Source: Vicugna vicugna
Taxonomy: Eukaryota
Length of the DNA: 64,000 bases
Assembly: GCA_013265495.1 (NCBI GenBank)
Contig: MU058000.1
Coordinates: forward strand, 3,139,722-3,203,721
Direction of reading: 5' to 3'
The position numbers were made by a program, and so were the translations under genes. Position 1 is the stretch's first letter, and every line of letters begins with the position of its first letter. Under the pieces are notes generated by a model. It searched no databases. It was not told where the DNA came from and saw nothing but the letters and a program-made list of their open reading frames with translations. Shown here in pieces: positions 1 through 12,649 of this stretch.

Positions 1-2893
1 CTCTACTAATCTATGCCATAAAATTAATATAAAATGAAGCTTTCATTCCTGCATGGTTTGACTTCCTGCTCACACATGAATTTGTAGCAGGAAAAACATA
101 CAAAAAAAACGAAACAAAACAAAAACTGACAGTCATTTAGAATTCATCGTACAGAAGACAAGCACAAAATAAGACATCTGTGTACCTTTTTAAATATACT
201 AGAAGTAAAGGATCTTTTTGTAAAAGAAAACATACTAAGTCCCTGCCGCTCCTGACAGCCCCTCTCAACTCTACTCATTTCTATTCACTAAGAGGATGTT
301 TGTTCACTTAAAAGAGTATTTTTTTGAGAATGAAAATACCCTTATACAGACATACAAACTTCAAATTGACTGAAATATTCTGTCATCTGGAAAACAAACT
401 CTAAATGGAGACACTTGGACTTTGTTGAAAGTTCATGTTTTGATTGCTTGAACATTTCTAAGCAGTTGAGTCAATGTTCTGTAGCAAGATTTCTCTGGAC
501 AGCCTGGTTTTCCTCAAGTTCAACTCCAAAGATACACTCTACTTACATTTAATTCTTAAGTTAAAGATATACTCTGCTTAATGCTGTTTGCATAAACCAC
601 ATTCCAAACCTACTTTGTTCTGATGATGGTTTGGTGTGTGCTAAGCACATGGTTGAAAGTTCCTTTAACTCTGCCATGGGGAGCTGGGCTCCATTTCAGT
701 CTAGAGACAGGGTGAAACATGTCTTTCCCCTCATGCCAATGGTCACATTCAATCAGAGCTTCATTATCACTGCTTCATCCCAGGAACAAAAGTAAAGCAA
801 AAAAAAAAGAGAAGAAGGGCAAAATGAAACACATATCAAAAACAAAAACAAAAACAAAAATAAAAACAAAACTCTTTTTCTGGTGTAGTAGTTGACAAAC
901 TAGAAGTCATATGTATGACATTTTTTCTTAAACAGCAACTACACTTCTTCCTTTTTTGGCTTGCCACACTCATGTCTCCTTTGAAAAAGATTTCAAGGGT
1001 TGTAACACCATGGAACCACTTCTTGGGGGTCTGTGGAGAGTCTGAATTCACTAATTAAAAGTATACACACTCTTTCACACATTGAGAATGCTCATTTTCC
1101 ATTTTCTTCTTTGCATGTTTTTTAACATCAGTGAAGACGGATGAAGGGATTAAAAAAACCTTTAGTTTTCTGTCAAAAAAATTTCGATTTCATCTTTTCT
1201 ATAACCTCAACGGAAAAAAAAAAAGAAAATTGGGTAGAAGTTGCAGTCATAATTTTGTATCATTGAATTCCTTGTTCGGCCTCGAGTCTCAGAAATGATT
1301 TTAGAAATTCTTAAAATCAGTAGATTTGAAAGATCTCATTCCTTCCCAAAGACCATGAATAAACTAGAGAAGAAATAAGGGTTGAATTAAGCTGACTTGA
1401 GTACAGAATGTGAACAAGGCACCGGGTAAAGTGCCATGTACACATGCATGTCATTTCTAATTAGCTCACCTACACTGAGTTGAAAATGCAGCTATGTGTT
1501 CTGCATATTTATTTTCAAAGATGGGATTTCAGTCATTTGATATTCATAAAATAAGTATAAGCTATATGGAGTTTTTAGCATGGTTTTGTTTTGGTCCTAG
1601 CACAATAGAAAACAAACCTGTTACCTGATTACATCTTCAGTGTACTTATAATCTACTTGGAAAAATAAGATGAACAAACACAGGACAAGCAGAGAAAAAA
1701 ATGAGCATCTTCTGGGTAATGTTGGTTTAAAGGACTTTATGAGTTTCATGATGGGAGAGCAATGTGTTTTAATATAGCGATAAAAAAGGAGAGGCGTCCT
1801 TGAGATGAACTGGGGTATCAGCAGAGCCTGACACCAAGGACAAGTTCAGATATTCTGACTGAGTAGAGAAGGAAGCATGCTGGGAAAGGACTGTGATTAT
1901 TTACATAGAGGATGCTCCAGTTATAGGAAACTTTCCCTCTGATTATATCCAATAAGTTTGAAGGGTACATTTATGGAGAAAAATAAACTATTTTCTCTTT
2001 TGGGTTACATAAGTAGACACGGGCTAGATTTTCCAAATAGAACCTAAATAATGAGAAATTTTAGTGGAAAAAACAAACCAGCGTAGTACTTGGAAAATGA
2101 GTTATACTGAATCTTCTGCAATAGAAAGACAGACAGATGACAATCATATGTGCGTGACCCCAGTGCCCAAGACAAAATTCAATTCTTACCAAATTCTCAA
2201 AAGGAAGCAAATGAAAAAATGAATTAGCATGACATCACTGTGTAGTCAGAATCCTGAACTAGAATCCACTGTAACAGATTTAAAAATAAACCACTGGCAG
2301 ATTCTGGTGTCTCTTACTACTGTCGCTAACAAATATATCAGAGCACACCTAGCCCCTCTCTTTGGCATGCAGTGTGTGCCAACACTGCCCTTGAGAGCCA
2401 CTTTTCTGTGCTAATGCCACATGTCACCTTTTTGTGCAGCTGTGAAGTTCATGAGATGGTTGAGGTGAGCAGCATATCCTTACTGCGATGTTCTTTTGCC
2501 AGACAGAGGCAGTCTGCACTCTGCACACAGCTACTCATACAGTTCCCGTTAGTCCCAAGTAACTGTGAGAGAGATGTGGGGAAACCCACAAAGATGAAAG
2601 TGTTTTCTTAAGGGGCAGAACCTTCCTAGGTATACATTCCGAAAGTAGCTATTTCTTCGCACCAATTAAGACAATGGTGGTGATATAGACAAATACTACA
2701 TCACAATGTTAGGAGAAGAAACTCTGCCATTCACTGGTTTAAGTCAAAGCGACAGAGACAAGAGAATTCGGTGACTTGGATTGACATTGACTAGCAAAAT
2801 TGGCTTTGTTTGGTTATCCCTAGAAAAAATCCAGAGGTTCTGAGATTTTTTAAAATCTTAAGACAGCTAAATTATAGGAAAGGTCTTTAGAAC

Positions 2894-3050
2894 CTTGCTG
2901 CTCAAAGTGGAGTCCTTGGACCAGCAGCAACAGCATGAGCTGGGAGCTTGTTAGAAATGCAGACTACAAGGTGTTTTTCCAGGGCTTCTGAATTTGAATC
3001 TGCATCTTCAAAAGATCTCTCAGGTCAGTTATAAAGTTTAAATATCACTA
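2894..3050. mobile_element. MER5A1-like hAT-Charlie non-autonomous DNA transposon
   Basis: ctcaaagtggagtccttggaccagcagcaacagcatgagctgggagcttgttagaaatgcag...gaatctgcat matches the recalled MER5A/MER5A1 consensus. Confidence 0.8.
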
Positions 3051-3695
3051 TCTCAGAAGACCTGAAGGGCTGAGAAGTATGATTATAGGATAGATGGTTA
3101 ATGGGAACAGAGAGCCTTAACAGAGAAAGAAGAGTTCTGAAAATTATGTGGAAAATGTTCAAGACTGCTCATGAGAACATGTCAGAACACTCCAAGGGGC
3201 CTTCCAGAAGCTACTGTTTGAGTGAGTGAAGGGAAGACAGGCAAGCTTCAAAGGTTCCTTGGGAAACCAAGTGAAGCCCAGATTAATTCAACCTACCACC
3301 AATCAGATGTCAAGAGGAGGTAATGATTATATCAATGCTGGCAGCTACAAAGAATTTTTGTGATAAAAACTTAAGCAGATGTGAAGAGTTTGAAATAAAA
3401 TTTGGGAATCCCTGCACCCATATGATTCAACAAATTGCTTTTAAGTCTATAACTTATGCTGGACATTATGGTCATTGTAGTTGTTAGGCCAGACCAAATC
3501 TCTACCCTCAGGGTATTTTAAAGTCATTCAGTTTTAGGACAGGGAACTAAAAACACAACATGAAATAGCCATAGCATGGAACAGAAGCTCTGTGTGGGCT
3601 TCTAGGCGCAGGGCTAAGAGGGTTTGCAAATTCCTTAGAGGCAGATATTTTGAAAGAACAGGGCCACTTTTTATGTTACATAAATTGTAATTGTC

Positions 3696-3726
3696 TGTGT
3701 GTGTGTGTGCGCGCACACGCGCGCAT
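3696..3726. repeat. Alternating purine-pyrimidine tract (TG)n(CG)n(CA)n
   Basis: tgtgtgtgtgtgtgcgcgcacacgcgcgcat seen directly. Confidence 0.9.
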
Positions 3727-3869
3727 TTATATACTTGCATTCAGTTTGACCACACTGATTTGACTCTTATCATTATTATTTTTGGTTGTTTCTAAATCTC
3801 TAGGCTAGACATCAAACCCAACCCCTAAGCTTTGGGAGCTGCCAGGAGTGGCCCTAGCAGCCATACTTC

Positions 3870-4310
3870 AGATGCAATCTTCCTATACATTTGATTAGAC
3901 CAAGGGTGAAATCTTTATTCAAACAGGTCTATAGGATTGTCTCTCCCAGCAATTTGACCTTGGGAATAAGAGGTGCCTGGAAGAAGGGCTGGAACTTGGA
4001 GACACTGTAAACTTGAAATCTGTTGGGTGGCATCTTCCACCATGTGCCTGGAAGAGAAGAGACGGGTCCACAGAGAGAGAGAAAAGTAAATAAGAGGGTA
4101 GAAAGAGCAGACAGTAGAAATCATGAGGGCTCTCGGACCCTGATTTAATTTTTGCATCAAGTTTGGCTTCACTCCAAGCTTCCTGATTCCATAAGAGAAA
4201 CATGTCTTAGGATGAATTTCCTCTCTTAAACTGTTTAAATTAATTCCTTAAATTAATTTTCAGTAGCCTTGATTTTTGCTTGCAACAAAAGGCATCTTAA
4301 TAAAGATACC
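3870..4310 (+). mobile_element. Old MaLR solo LTR, MLT1J/K-like
   Basis: catcttccaccatg internal motif and 3' end ttgcaacaaaaggcatcttaataaagatac resemble MLT1J/K/L; 5' boundary uncertain. Confidence 0.55.
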
Positions 4311-4562
4311 CAGGGGCTATGCGGATTTGATGTTAACATCCAGTTAGCTAGGAAAGCAGTACCCACACCTGGTAATGTTCAGGCAACCTTTCTCTTTAAA
4401 GATGTGCTTGTTATTAAATCTGACTGAATATATCAGCTTGTAAAATTTGACCACGAGTGTTCATACTTGCTGGTGCCTTTGTGGCTACATCTCAACTCAT
4501 TTACAATTCGTTAGAACAATGAAACTGAATTCCTTTAATGCTGTTCTTGGATTACACGGGTC

Positions 4563-4905
4563 CAGTGTTTCAGAGACCTCAGTTTGCATAATGACTTGAG
4601 GGGTTCTGTAAAAATCCCAGAATCTCAAGCCTCTTTCCAGTGATACTGAATCAAAATTTGGGAATGTATATTTTGAACGTGTCCCCTAAATGATTCCGAT
4701 TCGGATAATCCAAGAAACTGACTTCTAGAAACATATTTTAGACAGTGGTTCTTAATTCAGAATTGCTCACAGTGATGATTTGAGAAGCTTTTTCAAACTA
4801 CACACGCTGAACACCACCTCAGACCTGCTGAATCAGAATTTTGGCCAATAGGTATTTGCCCAAGATCCCCAGGCGGTATCAAAGCCCACCTCTGTTGAAG
4901 AATGG
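4563..4905. mobile_element. Two adjacent degraded MER5-family (hAT-Charlie) elements
   Basis: cagtg starts at 4563 and 4743; tactgaatcaaaa and agacctgctgaatcagaa...caagatccccagg cores. Confidence 0.55.
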
Positions 4906-5655
4906 AAGATTTGAGGCTCTCAACCAGGACTGATTCAGCTGTGCTGTGAGAGCGGCCTCCTTCCATTTAGATCTGCTCTACGACACCAACAATATTTTCT
5001 TTCAGTGGCCGCTTTCAATGTTTAAATTTGTTCAAGTCCACACCAGTCAGACTATGGCTATGCTGACCTAATTTAAAATCAACATTTAAAATACTGCCCT
5101 TCCTTTATCCTCTGATCAGAAGTGCATTTTTCTAATTTGGAAGCTTGCCTACCACCGTAATTTAAATGGTAAATAACTGGAGATGGAATCGATCTTATAT
5201 ATACTCTTCTTCATTTATTTATTTTGCAGTATATCAGAGTTCTACAGCCAAAAATCCAGACTCCACCAAAGTAAAAGAAACTTGTATTCCCTCTGCCTTA
5301 CTTCCTGCTCTTTGTCTTTTAAAACTTCTGACATATCTCAAAAGATAGAGTCTTCTTTATATTAGACATCAAGATCAGAGCCAGAAATCAAGATCCACAA
5401 TGCTAGTTTAGCCTTTCACAAGTTTTCTTGCAGAACACCAGCGATGAACTTCATTGAATATACAGAATGCCCGCATTTCTGCAAATCTGTGAAGTATGTT
5501 GCCACTTGTTTGCAGAAACAGATATACCCTCTGGAGTCTATTACCACCTCTACTCACTGGCTTTTTGATGAAATGAGCTCCAGGCATTTATTTAGAACTG
5601 ATCAGTGAGGGAATTCCTGCTACACATCTGAAAGCAACGGGCATGAGGATACGTA

Positions 5656-5870
5656 CAGTTGACCCTTGAGCAACATGGTCTTGAACTCCATGGGTCCACT
5701 TGCGTGCAAATTATTTTCAGTAGTACCTACTACAGAACTCCATGACTGAATCTGTGGATACAGAACTTCCGACACGGAGGATCAGTGGGGCCAGCTGTAA
5801 GTTATACGCTGATTTTCAACTGCGTGGAGGGTCAGCTCTCTTAACCCCCACATTGTTCAAGGGCCAAGTG
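5656..5870. mobile_element. Tigger2-derived MITE (MER8-like)
   Basis: TA then TIR cagttgacccttgagcaaca; other end ttgttcaagggccaagtg. Confidence 0.85.
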
Positions 5871-7043
5871 CACATACGTGTATGTACATGTGTGTGTGTT
5901 ACACGTATTTGCGGATGTGTTTTTTCCCCCAGCATTTTTTATTATGATCAAAACCAAACCAATATACGATGAAATAAACTAGAAATAACTGTTTCTACCA
6001 ATGAAGAAGGATATGAATTGGGCATTTTTGTATATTCATGTCATGAAATAATACACAGCTATTAAAAGGAGAGAAATGGGTTAAGGGGGTATAAATTTAT
6101 TAAAAAAAAAAAAAGATGACCCAGATCAGTTTCCCCTTCACAGTGCCCTAGAATCAGGTAATGCACCTCAATTAAGTAAGAACCAGGGGCAGGATTTAAA
6201 CGGGCCTCACAAGTCCAGATCCATATCCAGATTGCTGGTTGGAGTAAAGATCAGATTCTGTTTTTAGACAAATAGCTCTGGCTGAATTGTCAACATCATG
6301 TCCTGTGTGTCCACGTGCAATATTAAACTGGGGAGAGGGACAGCCACCTAAAATTACCTTAAAAAGTCTAGAATAGAAAATGTTGGTCAGTGTTTGAGTA
6401 ACTGATAAAAATTGATGGAAAATAAGGAGTATCTCAGTTTCCTAGAAAACTTAAGGTTCTCAGTGTGCAGAGAGTCTACGCTGCGTTGTTGTCATGCTTT
6501 ATATGTCAAAGGAGGAGAGTCGTGGAATTCGGCAACTAGAATGTCGCCATGAGGTGAAAGGTAAGTGGCAGATGTGGGGATGGTCCCAAATTCTTGGAAA
6601 GTAAGTCAGGCTCATAGAAACCCGAACTTCTGCATTAGTCCTCTTCTTGTGGTACATCTCTCTGAGAGACTGGAGAAGGTTTACTCTCCCATCAGAGCAG
6701 TAGAGAGGGCTCCTGTTTGCCTCCTGCTGAACTTGACCAGCACCCCCCTCCCCACTCCCACCCCCAGGTCATCATTCTCTGCAGCTTTTGCTCAGGAAAG
6801 TAGTTGGCAGAATCTTGGCTGGGTTGCCTCCCATTCTGCCACTCTGGTATCCTGGAGAGGTCTACCCACGCCTCCCTCTCCACCTGCAGGCCATGAGAAA
6901 TGCCCTGAAGGAAAGTGACTTTGAAATCATGCTCCACCTAATGTTTCCACATAATTCCCTTCTTGGAGCTGTTCCTGAGCTTCATTTCTGGGTTTCTATG
7001 TGGCATCTTGAGTTACAGCTCCATTCTTTTATAAAAAAGGAAA

Positions 7044-7103
7044 GGAAGGAAGGAAGGAAGGAAGGAAGGAAGGAAGGAAGGAAGGAAGGAAGGAAGGAAG
7101 GAA
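7044..7103 (+). repeat. (GGAA)15 microsatellite
   Basis: 15 perfect GGAA units; explains the KEGR repeat in ORF 6788..7111. Confidence 0.97.
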
Positions 7104-7409
7104 GAAATTGACCTAGAAGAAGATTCAATCTAAAATATCGTGTGAAAAGGCAGCTGCAGAGTAATGTATATAGTCAAATTACTAATCAAAATAGCAGTGA
7201 AATGGAGATCTGTTCATAAGCCTTTTTATGTTGATGTGAGCATAGGAGATGCAGGTAAGTGCATGGACATTCAAATGTTGTTTTAAGGAGTTTTAAGGAC
7301 TGGGAGGGAATATTACCTTTATGCATTTCGATAGGGTTTGATTGTTGCATGAGCATGCTTTATTTTGTGCTTTCAAAAAAAGTGACACAAAAAATTTTTA
7401 AATCAAGTG

Positions 7410-7770
7410 AGAAAAATGGATAAAAAGATGAATAAACATTCCTCATAAAAATAAGCAAAATGGCTAACAAGAATTAAAAAATCTGCCATACTAATAATTA
7501 AAAATGCAAGCAAAGAAATTCTATTTTTTACCTCTTAAATTGGAACATACTAAAGACAGCATAATTCTCAGTGCTGATTAAGGCACTGCGAGAACAGCAC
7601 TTTGACCCAACACTGATGTGTAACTTGGAACAATCTTTCTGGAAAGTGGCTTGAAAGTAGGTATGGGTCACGTAAAGATGTTCACATCTTTGACTCCATG
7701 GATCCCTGTTTAGGGACTTTTATTAAGTAAAGAAGCAGAAACGAGAACAAGAGTGTGTATATAACAGCCT
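7410..7770 (+). mobile_element. Ancient L1 (L1ME-like) ORF2 3' fragment
   Basis: aaaatggctaacaag...ataattaaaaatgcaa...caatctttctggaaagt...tttgactcca follows L1 ORF2 3' consensus order. Confidence 0.65.
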
Positions 7771-8560
7771 TTCCTATAGTTTCCTTAAGAAGTAGCACAA
7801 ATGATCACACCATCCTTGCCATAAGAAAGAAAAAGAAATCCATAAATGCTTCCTTATATTTCTCTCTTTCTCTGTCTCCCTCACAGCCAGCACATCTAGA
7901 ATGCCTCTCCTTCACTTACCCACACAATCCATTGGAGCTGTGCTGGCCCTGTTCACTCCATCCTTGCCCAGGGAAAGTGACTGGATCATTCATGGCACAG
8001 AGTCCCCAGGACACCTGGACTTTTCTTGTCTGACCTCTTTTTCTGCAGAACATCAACCCCAGCAGGACAATTAAGTTGAATAAAACAACTAGCATTACAG
8101 CAAGAGAAATACGATAATCCAAGAAGTAAACATGTAAATAGTAGTTAAGAGCTTCATTGACAGCAGTTTTTAATTTTTCTAATTTTCTTTATTTTGCCAG
8201 TTTTCTGAAAAGGATATGAGGTGGCTTTATAATCTAAATAAGACACCTGGCTTAATTGTCAAAGATTTGCAGTCCTCTTCCGAGGACTGCTACTTTCACT
8301 TGTGAAAAGTGCTTATTCTAGGATTATCTAATAATTTGTAAAAACAAACAGCATAGTTATTTCAGACAGACTTGAAAACATGATGTCTCGGAAAGACTTT
8401 CTAGAATAAAGATGTTATGACTTAAATACATGCACAGGTGGTTCTCTAGGCTGCTTAAAATAGGGGCTCATCATTTTTTTTTTTTTTTTGGATCAAGTAC
8501 CTCCTGGAGAACCTGACTAATGGTGCTACCTTCTCTCATGAGAAATAAGTATCTGCCCAC

Positions 8561-9016
8561 TGAATTAGTGTCCCAGGGCTGCCATCACAAAGCACCACAA
8601 ACCGGCTGACTTAGGGCAGCAGAAATACATTGTCTCACAGTGCTGGAGGCTACAAGTGTGAAATTAAGGTGCTGGCCCAGCCAAGCCCCCTCTGAGACCT
8701 GTGAGGGACTCCTTCCTTGCGGTGGTTTGCTGGCAGTCTCTGACATGCCTTGTCTTGAGACACACCCCTCCAGTCCTCCATCTCCACATGGCAGTCTCTT
8801 GATGTCTTCACATGATCTACCTCTATGTGTGTCTCTCTCTGTGTCCAGATTTTCCCTTTTTAGAAAGACACCAGCCATACAGGATTAAACCCTCCCTACT
8901 GTCTTCATTTGAATTTGACGACCTCTGTAAAGAAGCTATTTCCAAACAAGCTCATATTCTGAAAGAGTAGGACTTCAGCATATCTTTTCTGAGGGGACAC
9001 AGTTCAACCAGTAACA
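8561..9016 (-). mobile_element. MLT1C-like MaLR solo LTR
   Basis: tgaattagt...agggctgccatcacaaagcaccacaaac...tctcacagtgctggaggct...ggggacacagttcaaccagtaaca; TG...CA ends, 456 bp. Confidence 0.85.
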
Positions 9017-9373
9017 GTCACCTGACGCATTTCATCACCTGTTACCAGGACAGAGACACGCCAGCATCTTGTCTCTGGACCCCAGCTTGAGGGCTTCATC
9101 CTGAAGGTCGCTGGAAACCTACTTCCCCTGTGCGGTCTCCCTCACTAGGTCAGACAATGGAGCTTCCAAGCACAAGTCAGATCAACCCCAAAGGCAGGAA
9201 AACCTTTCCACTAAGAACGTTGGGAAGCTGTGAGGAAAATGTGTTCTGAACAATTTGCCTTCACCTCAGTGTCAGAAGCACAACAACTGAGACATTTGGA
9301 AGAGTTTGCTGATAGATACCAGCTTCTTCCCTAATATAAACCTAGCTCACAATGTATCTCAACAGAGATTATG

Positions 9374-9566
9374 CAGAATAGATAAACAAGATTATACTGT
9401 ATAGCACAGGGAAATATATACAAGATCTTGTGGTAGCTCACAGAGAAAGGAATGTGACAATGAATACATATATGTTCATGTATAACTGAAAAATTGTGCT
9501 CTACACTGGAATTTGACAAAACATTGTAAAATGATTATAAATCAATAAAAAAAGTTAAAAAAAAAA
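9374..9566 (+). mobile_element. Young 5'-truncated L1 3' end with perfect TSD
   Basis: tactgtatagcacagggaa...tgtataactgaa...aacattgtaaaatgattataaatcaataaaa plus A tail; TSD AGAGATTATG at 9364-9373 and 9567-9576. Confidence 0.92.
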
Positions 9567-10179
9567 AGAGATTATGAATGGACACACTACTGATGTTCCA
9601 AAGGAATGCAGATGCTTAAGCAGTTACCTGCCCAAAGCAATATAGACTAGTTGAAATCTCTTAGTAATAAAGAATTTTTATTTGTATGTTTATGTTATAA
9701 TCAGAATTGAATTATATGTTATAATGCTATTAGCACTGAACCTAATATATTTGTACATAATATCTTATAAAAGTTGCTATACTTTACTCAGATTCAGAAT
9801 TTTTAATTTGCAGTTAGCCATCATTTCAATAGTTAATAGGAAACCTGAAGTCAGAGAGGCATTTGTTTTCCAGTTACTAATTGTCTGATTATGGACATAT
9901 TACTTCTCTCTCCTCATCTTCAACCATCTGATTTGTAAAATGGGAAAATAGTATCTACCTCGTGGGATTAATAAATATGGAGTAAGAATGATTGTTTCTA
10001 AAACCTAGCTCCAGAGCTTATTGGCTATATTTCCCAGAGAGTTACTCAATGTGTGCCTGAAGTTGACCCATGGACAAAAATTAAATACAAGGATGACAAT
10101 GCTATTTATTGTACAAGCTTGTTACACAAATTAAACTGAGTAGATCAAACAGAAGGGGGCCGATATGAAACGTATGTAC

Positions 10180-10961
10180 TGTGTTGGTCAGGATTCTCCA
10201 GAGAAACAGATCTAATAGGACGTGAACACGTATAAAAGGACATTGATTACAAGGAATTGGCTCAAGCAATACGAACCTGGGAAGTGCGAATCTGCTGGCT
10301 GTTGAGGACGGGCCTGGTAAGCAAACTCCAGCCACACTTGCGGGGCAGATCCTAGGAAGCTGTTCCTTTTGGCGGACTCCTTCCTGGTGCCTTGCTCCAC
10401 ACCCAGTGGCATCTGCCCACAGCCTGTGACTTCCCTTCCCAGCCCCAAGTCACAGAACTCCTTTACTCATTCTCTTCAGAGCTCCCAGAGCAATAGAGGA
10501 TGCCCTGTGCCTTCGGGCTCCTCCCAGGCCTGGAGCATCCGGGGTTTGTACTCTGCTGTGAGGTCAGGGGTGCTGATGCTGGTTCCGAGAGTTTGGCTCA
10601 AAGTGGGTCAGCGTGTTTCCACCCTCACCAGAAGCACACAGCCGGTGTCTTAGCCAGAACACCTCCTTCTTCTGCTGGACAGTGGCCTGGCAGCCCCTGA
10701 GCACGCCATCTGTGATTTTGTTGCCCTCTGGCAAGCTGGAGGCCCAGGAGAGTCAGTATTGCAGAGGAAGTCAGGAGGCATTCTGCTGGAGAATTCCCTC
10801 TCCCTTGAGGTGGCCTATCTTTTTGTTCTATTCAGACCTTTAACTGATTGAATGAGGCCCACCCACATTGCAGAGGGCAATCTGCTTACTCAAAGTTCAT
10901 TGATTTAAATGCTCATCTCATGCAAAAAAACCCTTCAAGTTACACGTAACCCTCATCATCA
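10180..10961 (-). mobile_element. MLT2 (ERVL) solo LTR interrupted by an insert at ~10300-10727
   Basis: tgtgttggtcaggattctccagagaaacaga...aaggaattggctca, resuming at ctggcaagctggaggcccaggagag...actgattgaatgaggcccacccacatt...tctgctttactcaaag. Confidence 0.85.
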
Positions 10962-12300
10962 TGTGTGCGCTCAATAAATAGTGGATATTCTTTCAGGTCG
11001 CTGTGTAGGTTAATAGCCTGGCCATGAGGAGGAGGGTGTTAGAGAACTATCAGCATTTTCTTTTAAAAATCAGGAAGAAAATGAACACTGAACTTACAGA
11101 AAAAAGATAAGAGGTGAGGCTCTAAGGCTAGAATGAAAAAAAAAAACTGGAAAAGATTGGAAAATCTAGAAATTTAGGTATGAGATTTTTGAATACAAAT
11201 AGAAGCAAATGAGAGGGGAGCTTTCTTACCAGGAAGAATCTAATTAAATGCATTTACCAAAAACTCTAGAAGGCAGTAATAAATTACACCACAGCAAGAG
11301 ATTGCCAACAAGGCTAAGTTATTTCTAATCACCATCTCACTCCTCCTCAGATCCCTTATGTGATAAGACTCCTGAGCAAGGCCAACATAGATCTTTTAAG
11401 ATTAGGATATTATGAGCAATTGCATGGGATTGGAATATAAAAGAAGTCCTTCAGTTAACATGGTAATTTCTGCACCTAATTCTGCCTTCACTAATCAACT
11501 GTAAATAACCCGCTAACGCAGTTATAAAAATCAGTCTCATACATTCATCTTACCATTTGGACTGAATTTAACACAGTGTTATGTAATTAGCAGACACTGT
11601 TGACTGTGGATGCAACGCATAATTGACGATCTGATATTACAAGTGATGGTTCTGGCCAGGAAACCTATTCCAATACATTTGGTAGCACAGAGCCATTGCC
11701 TGCATTTTTCTCAGTTCTGCGTTTTGCATAAAGTATTAGGCACCATGATAGCCAATCAAAAATCTGTTGAATTCCTAAGATAACACAGCCACAGCTGTTG
11801 AATTAGTTATCTCTTTGCACAGCCCTTTCTGTGAATATATTTTAAAACTTCCCCCTCTTATCACATATGTGTTGCAAACTAATAGTTAGCAACTTCCCTC
11901 ATGTCTGGAGTTAAAATATATTGTCAAAGACTCAGTATTGGAATCGTTGGAACTTTCAGCCAACTGCCCTGCCAACATTTTGAAATACTATCTCTCTGGA
12001 AGTATTTTCAGGCTGTGAAGAGTTGTTGTGGGTGGGGCAACAAAAAAATAATAGCCTTGCTCAAAGTTGGGATAAAGTATATAATTTGGAGATCGGTTCT
12101 GCGTAAGAACACCCCTCTTTGGGAAGTTACATGAATGTGTGAGTATGTGTGAACGTGTGTTGTGCCCAAATTAATGGTAACTTTACTTTTCAGAAAAGAG
12201 TATATTTATAATAACTAATTATTGAGTGTAACATGTGATACATTTCATGAAACAATGGGTGTAAACCAAATGGCAAGGTGCTTTTAAAATGTGTTCCTCT

Positions 12301-12400
12301 TGAAATTTAATCCTCAGTGGAAATCCAGGAGTTGTTTATTTTTCCCTAGCTATGAATGAGGAAACTGAATCTCAAAGGAGTTAGTGGCTTTTTCAGGATC
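12301..12400 (-). mobile_element. MIR fragment
   Basis: tttaatcctca...atgaggaaactgaatctcaaaggagttagtg, antisense MIR core. Confidence 0.6.
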
Positions 12401-12444
12401 CCCTGGGTCTATTCACTTCCAAGGCCCATGGTCATCCCACTAGA

Positions 12445-12649
12445 CCTGGGATCAGAAAGAAATCAGGCCAGATTTGACTTGCTGCATGCTTTTGGAGATA
12501 ATGTTTGTTCATTTACTTATGGTCTGAGTCTGCTTTCACCCTACAGGGGCAGAGTCTCCTGGCTACAACACAAATCCATGGATTATGTGGCTGGCAAAGC
12601 CTCAGATATTTACTACCTGGCCCTGTACAGGCAAGTTGGCTGACTCTCA
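12445..12649. mobile_element. MER58A-like hAT-Charlie element
   Basis: ctgctttcaccctacaggggcagag...gcaaagcctcagatatttactacctggccctgtacaggcaagttggctgac. Confidence 0.75.

Noticed and set aside
836..1051. Minus ORF containing WFHG (SH2-start-like) and CSCC
   Set aside because: The following residues do not fit an SH2 domain, the start is non-ATG, and the C-terminus is a translated (CAAAAA)n repeat
1625..1655. Possible minus microexon (DYKYTEDVI) with CAG|gtaaca donor
   Set aside because: Ambiguous acceptor, moderate donor and no recognisable protein
6565..7111. Overlapping ORFs of 117 and 107 aa
   Set aside because: Non-ATG starts, no domain, and the KEGR repeat comes from the GGAA microsatellite
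11230..11265. Minus 36-nt exon-like segment (ccttctag|...CTG|gtaaga)
   Set aside because: Stops in all three frames and no other support; likely a pseudo-exon
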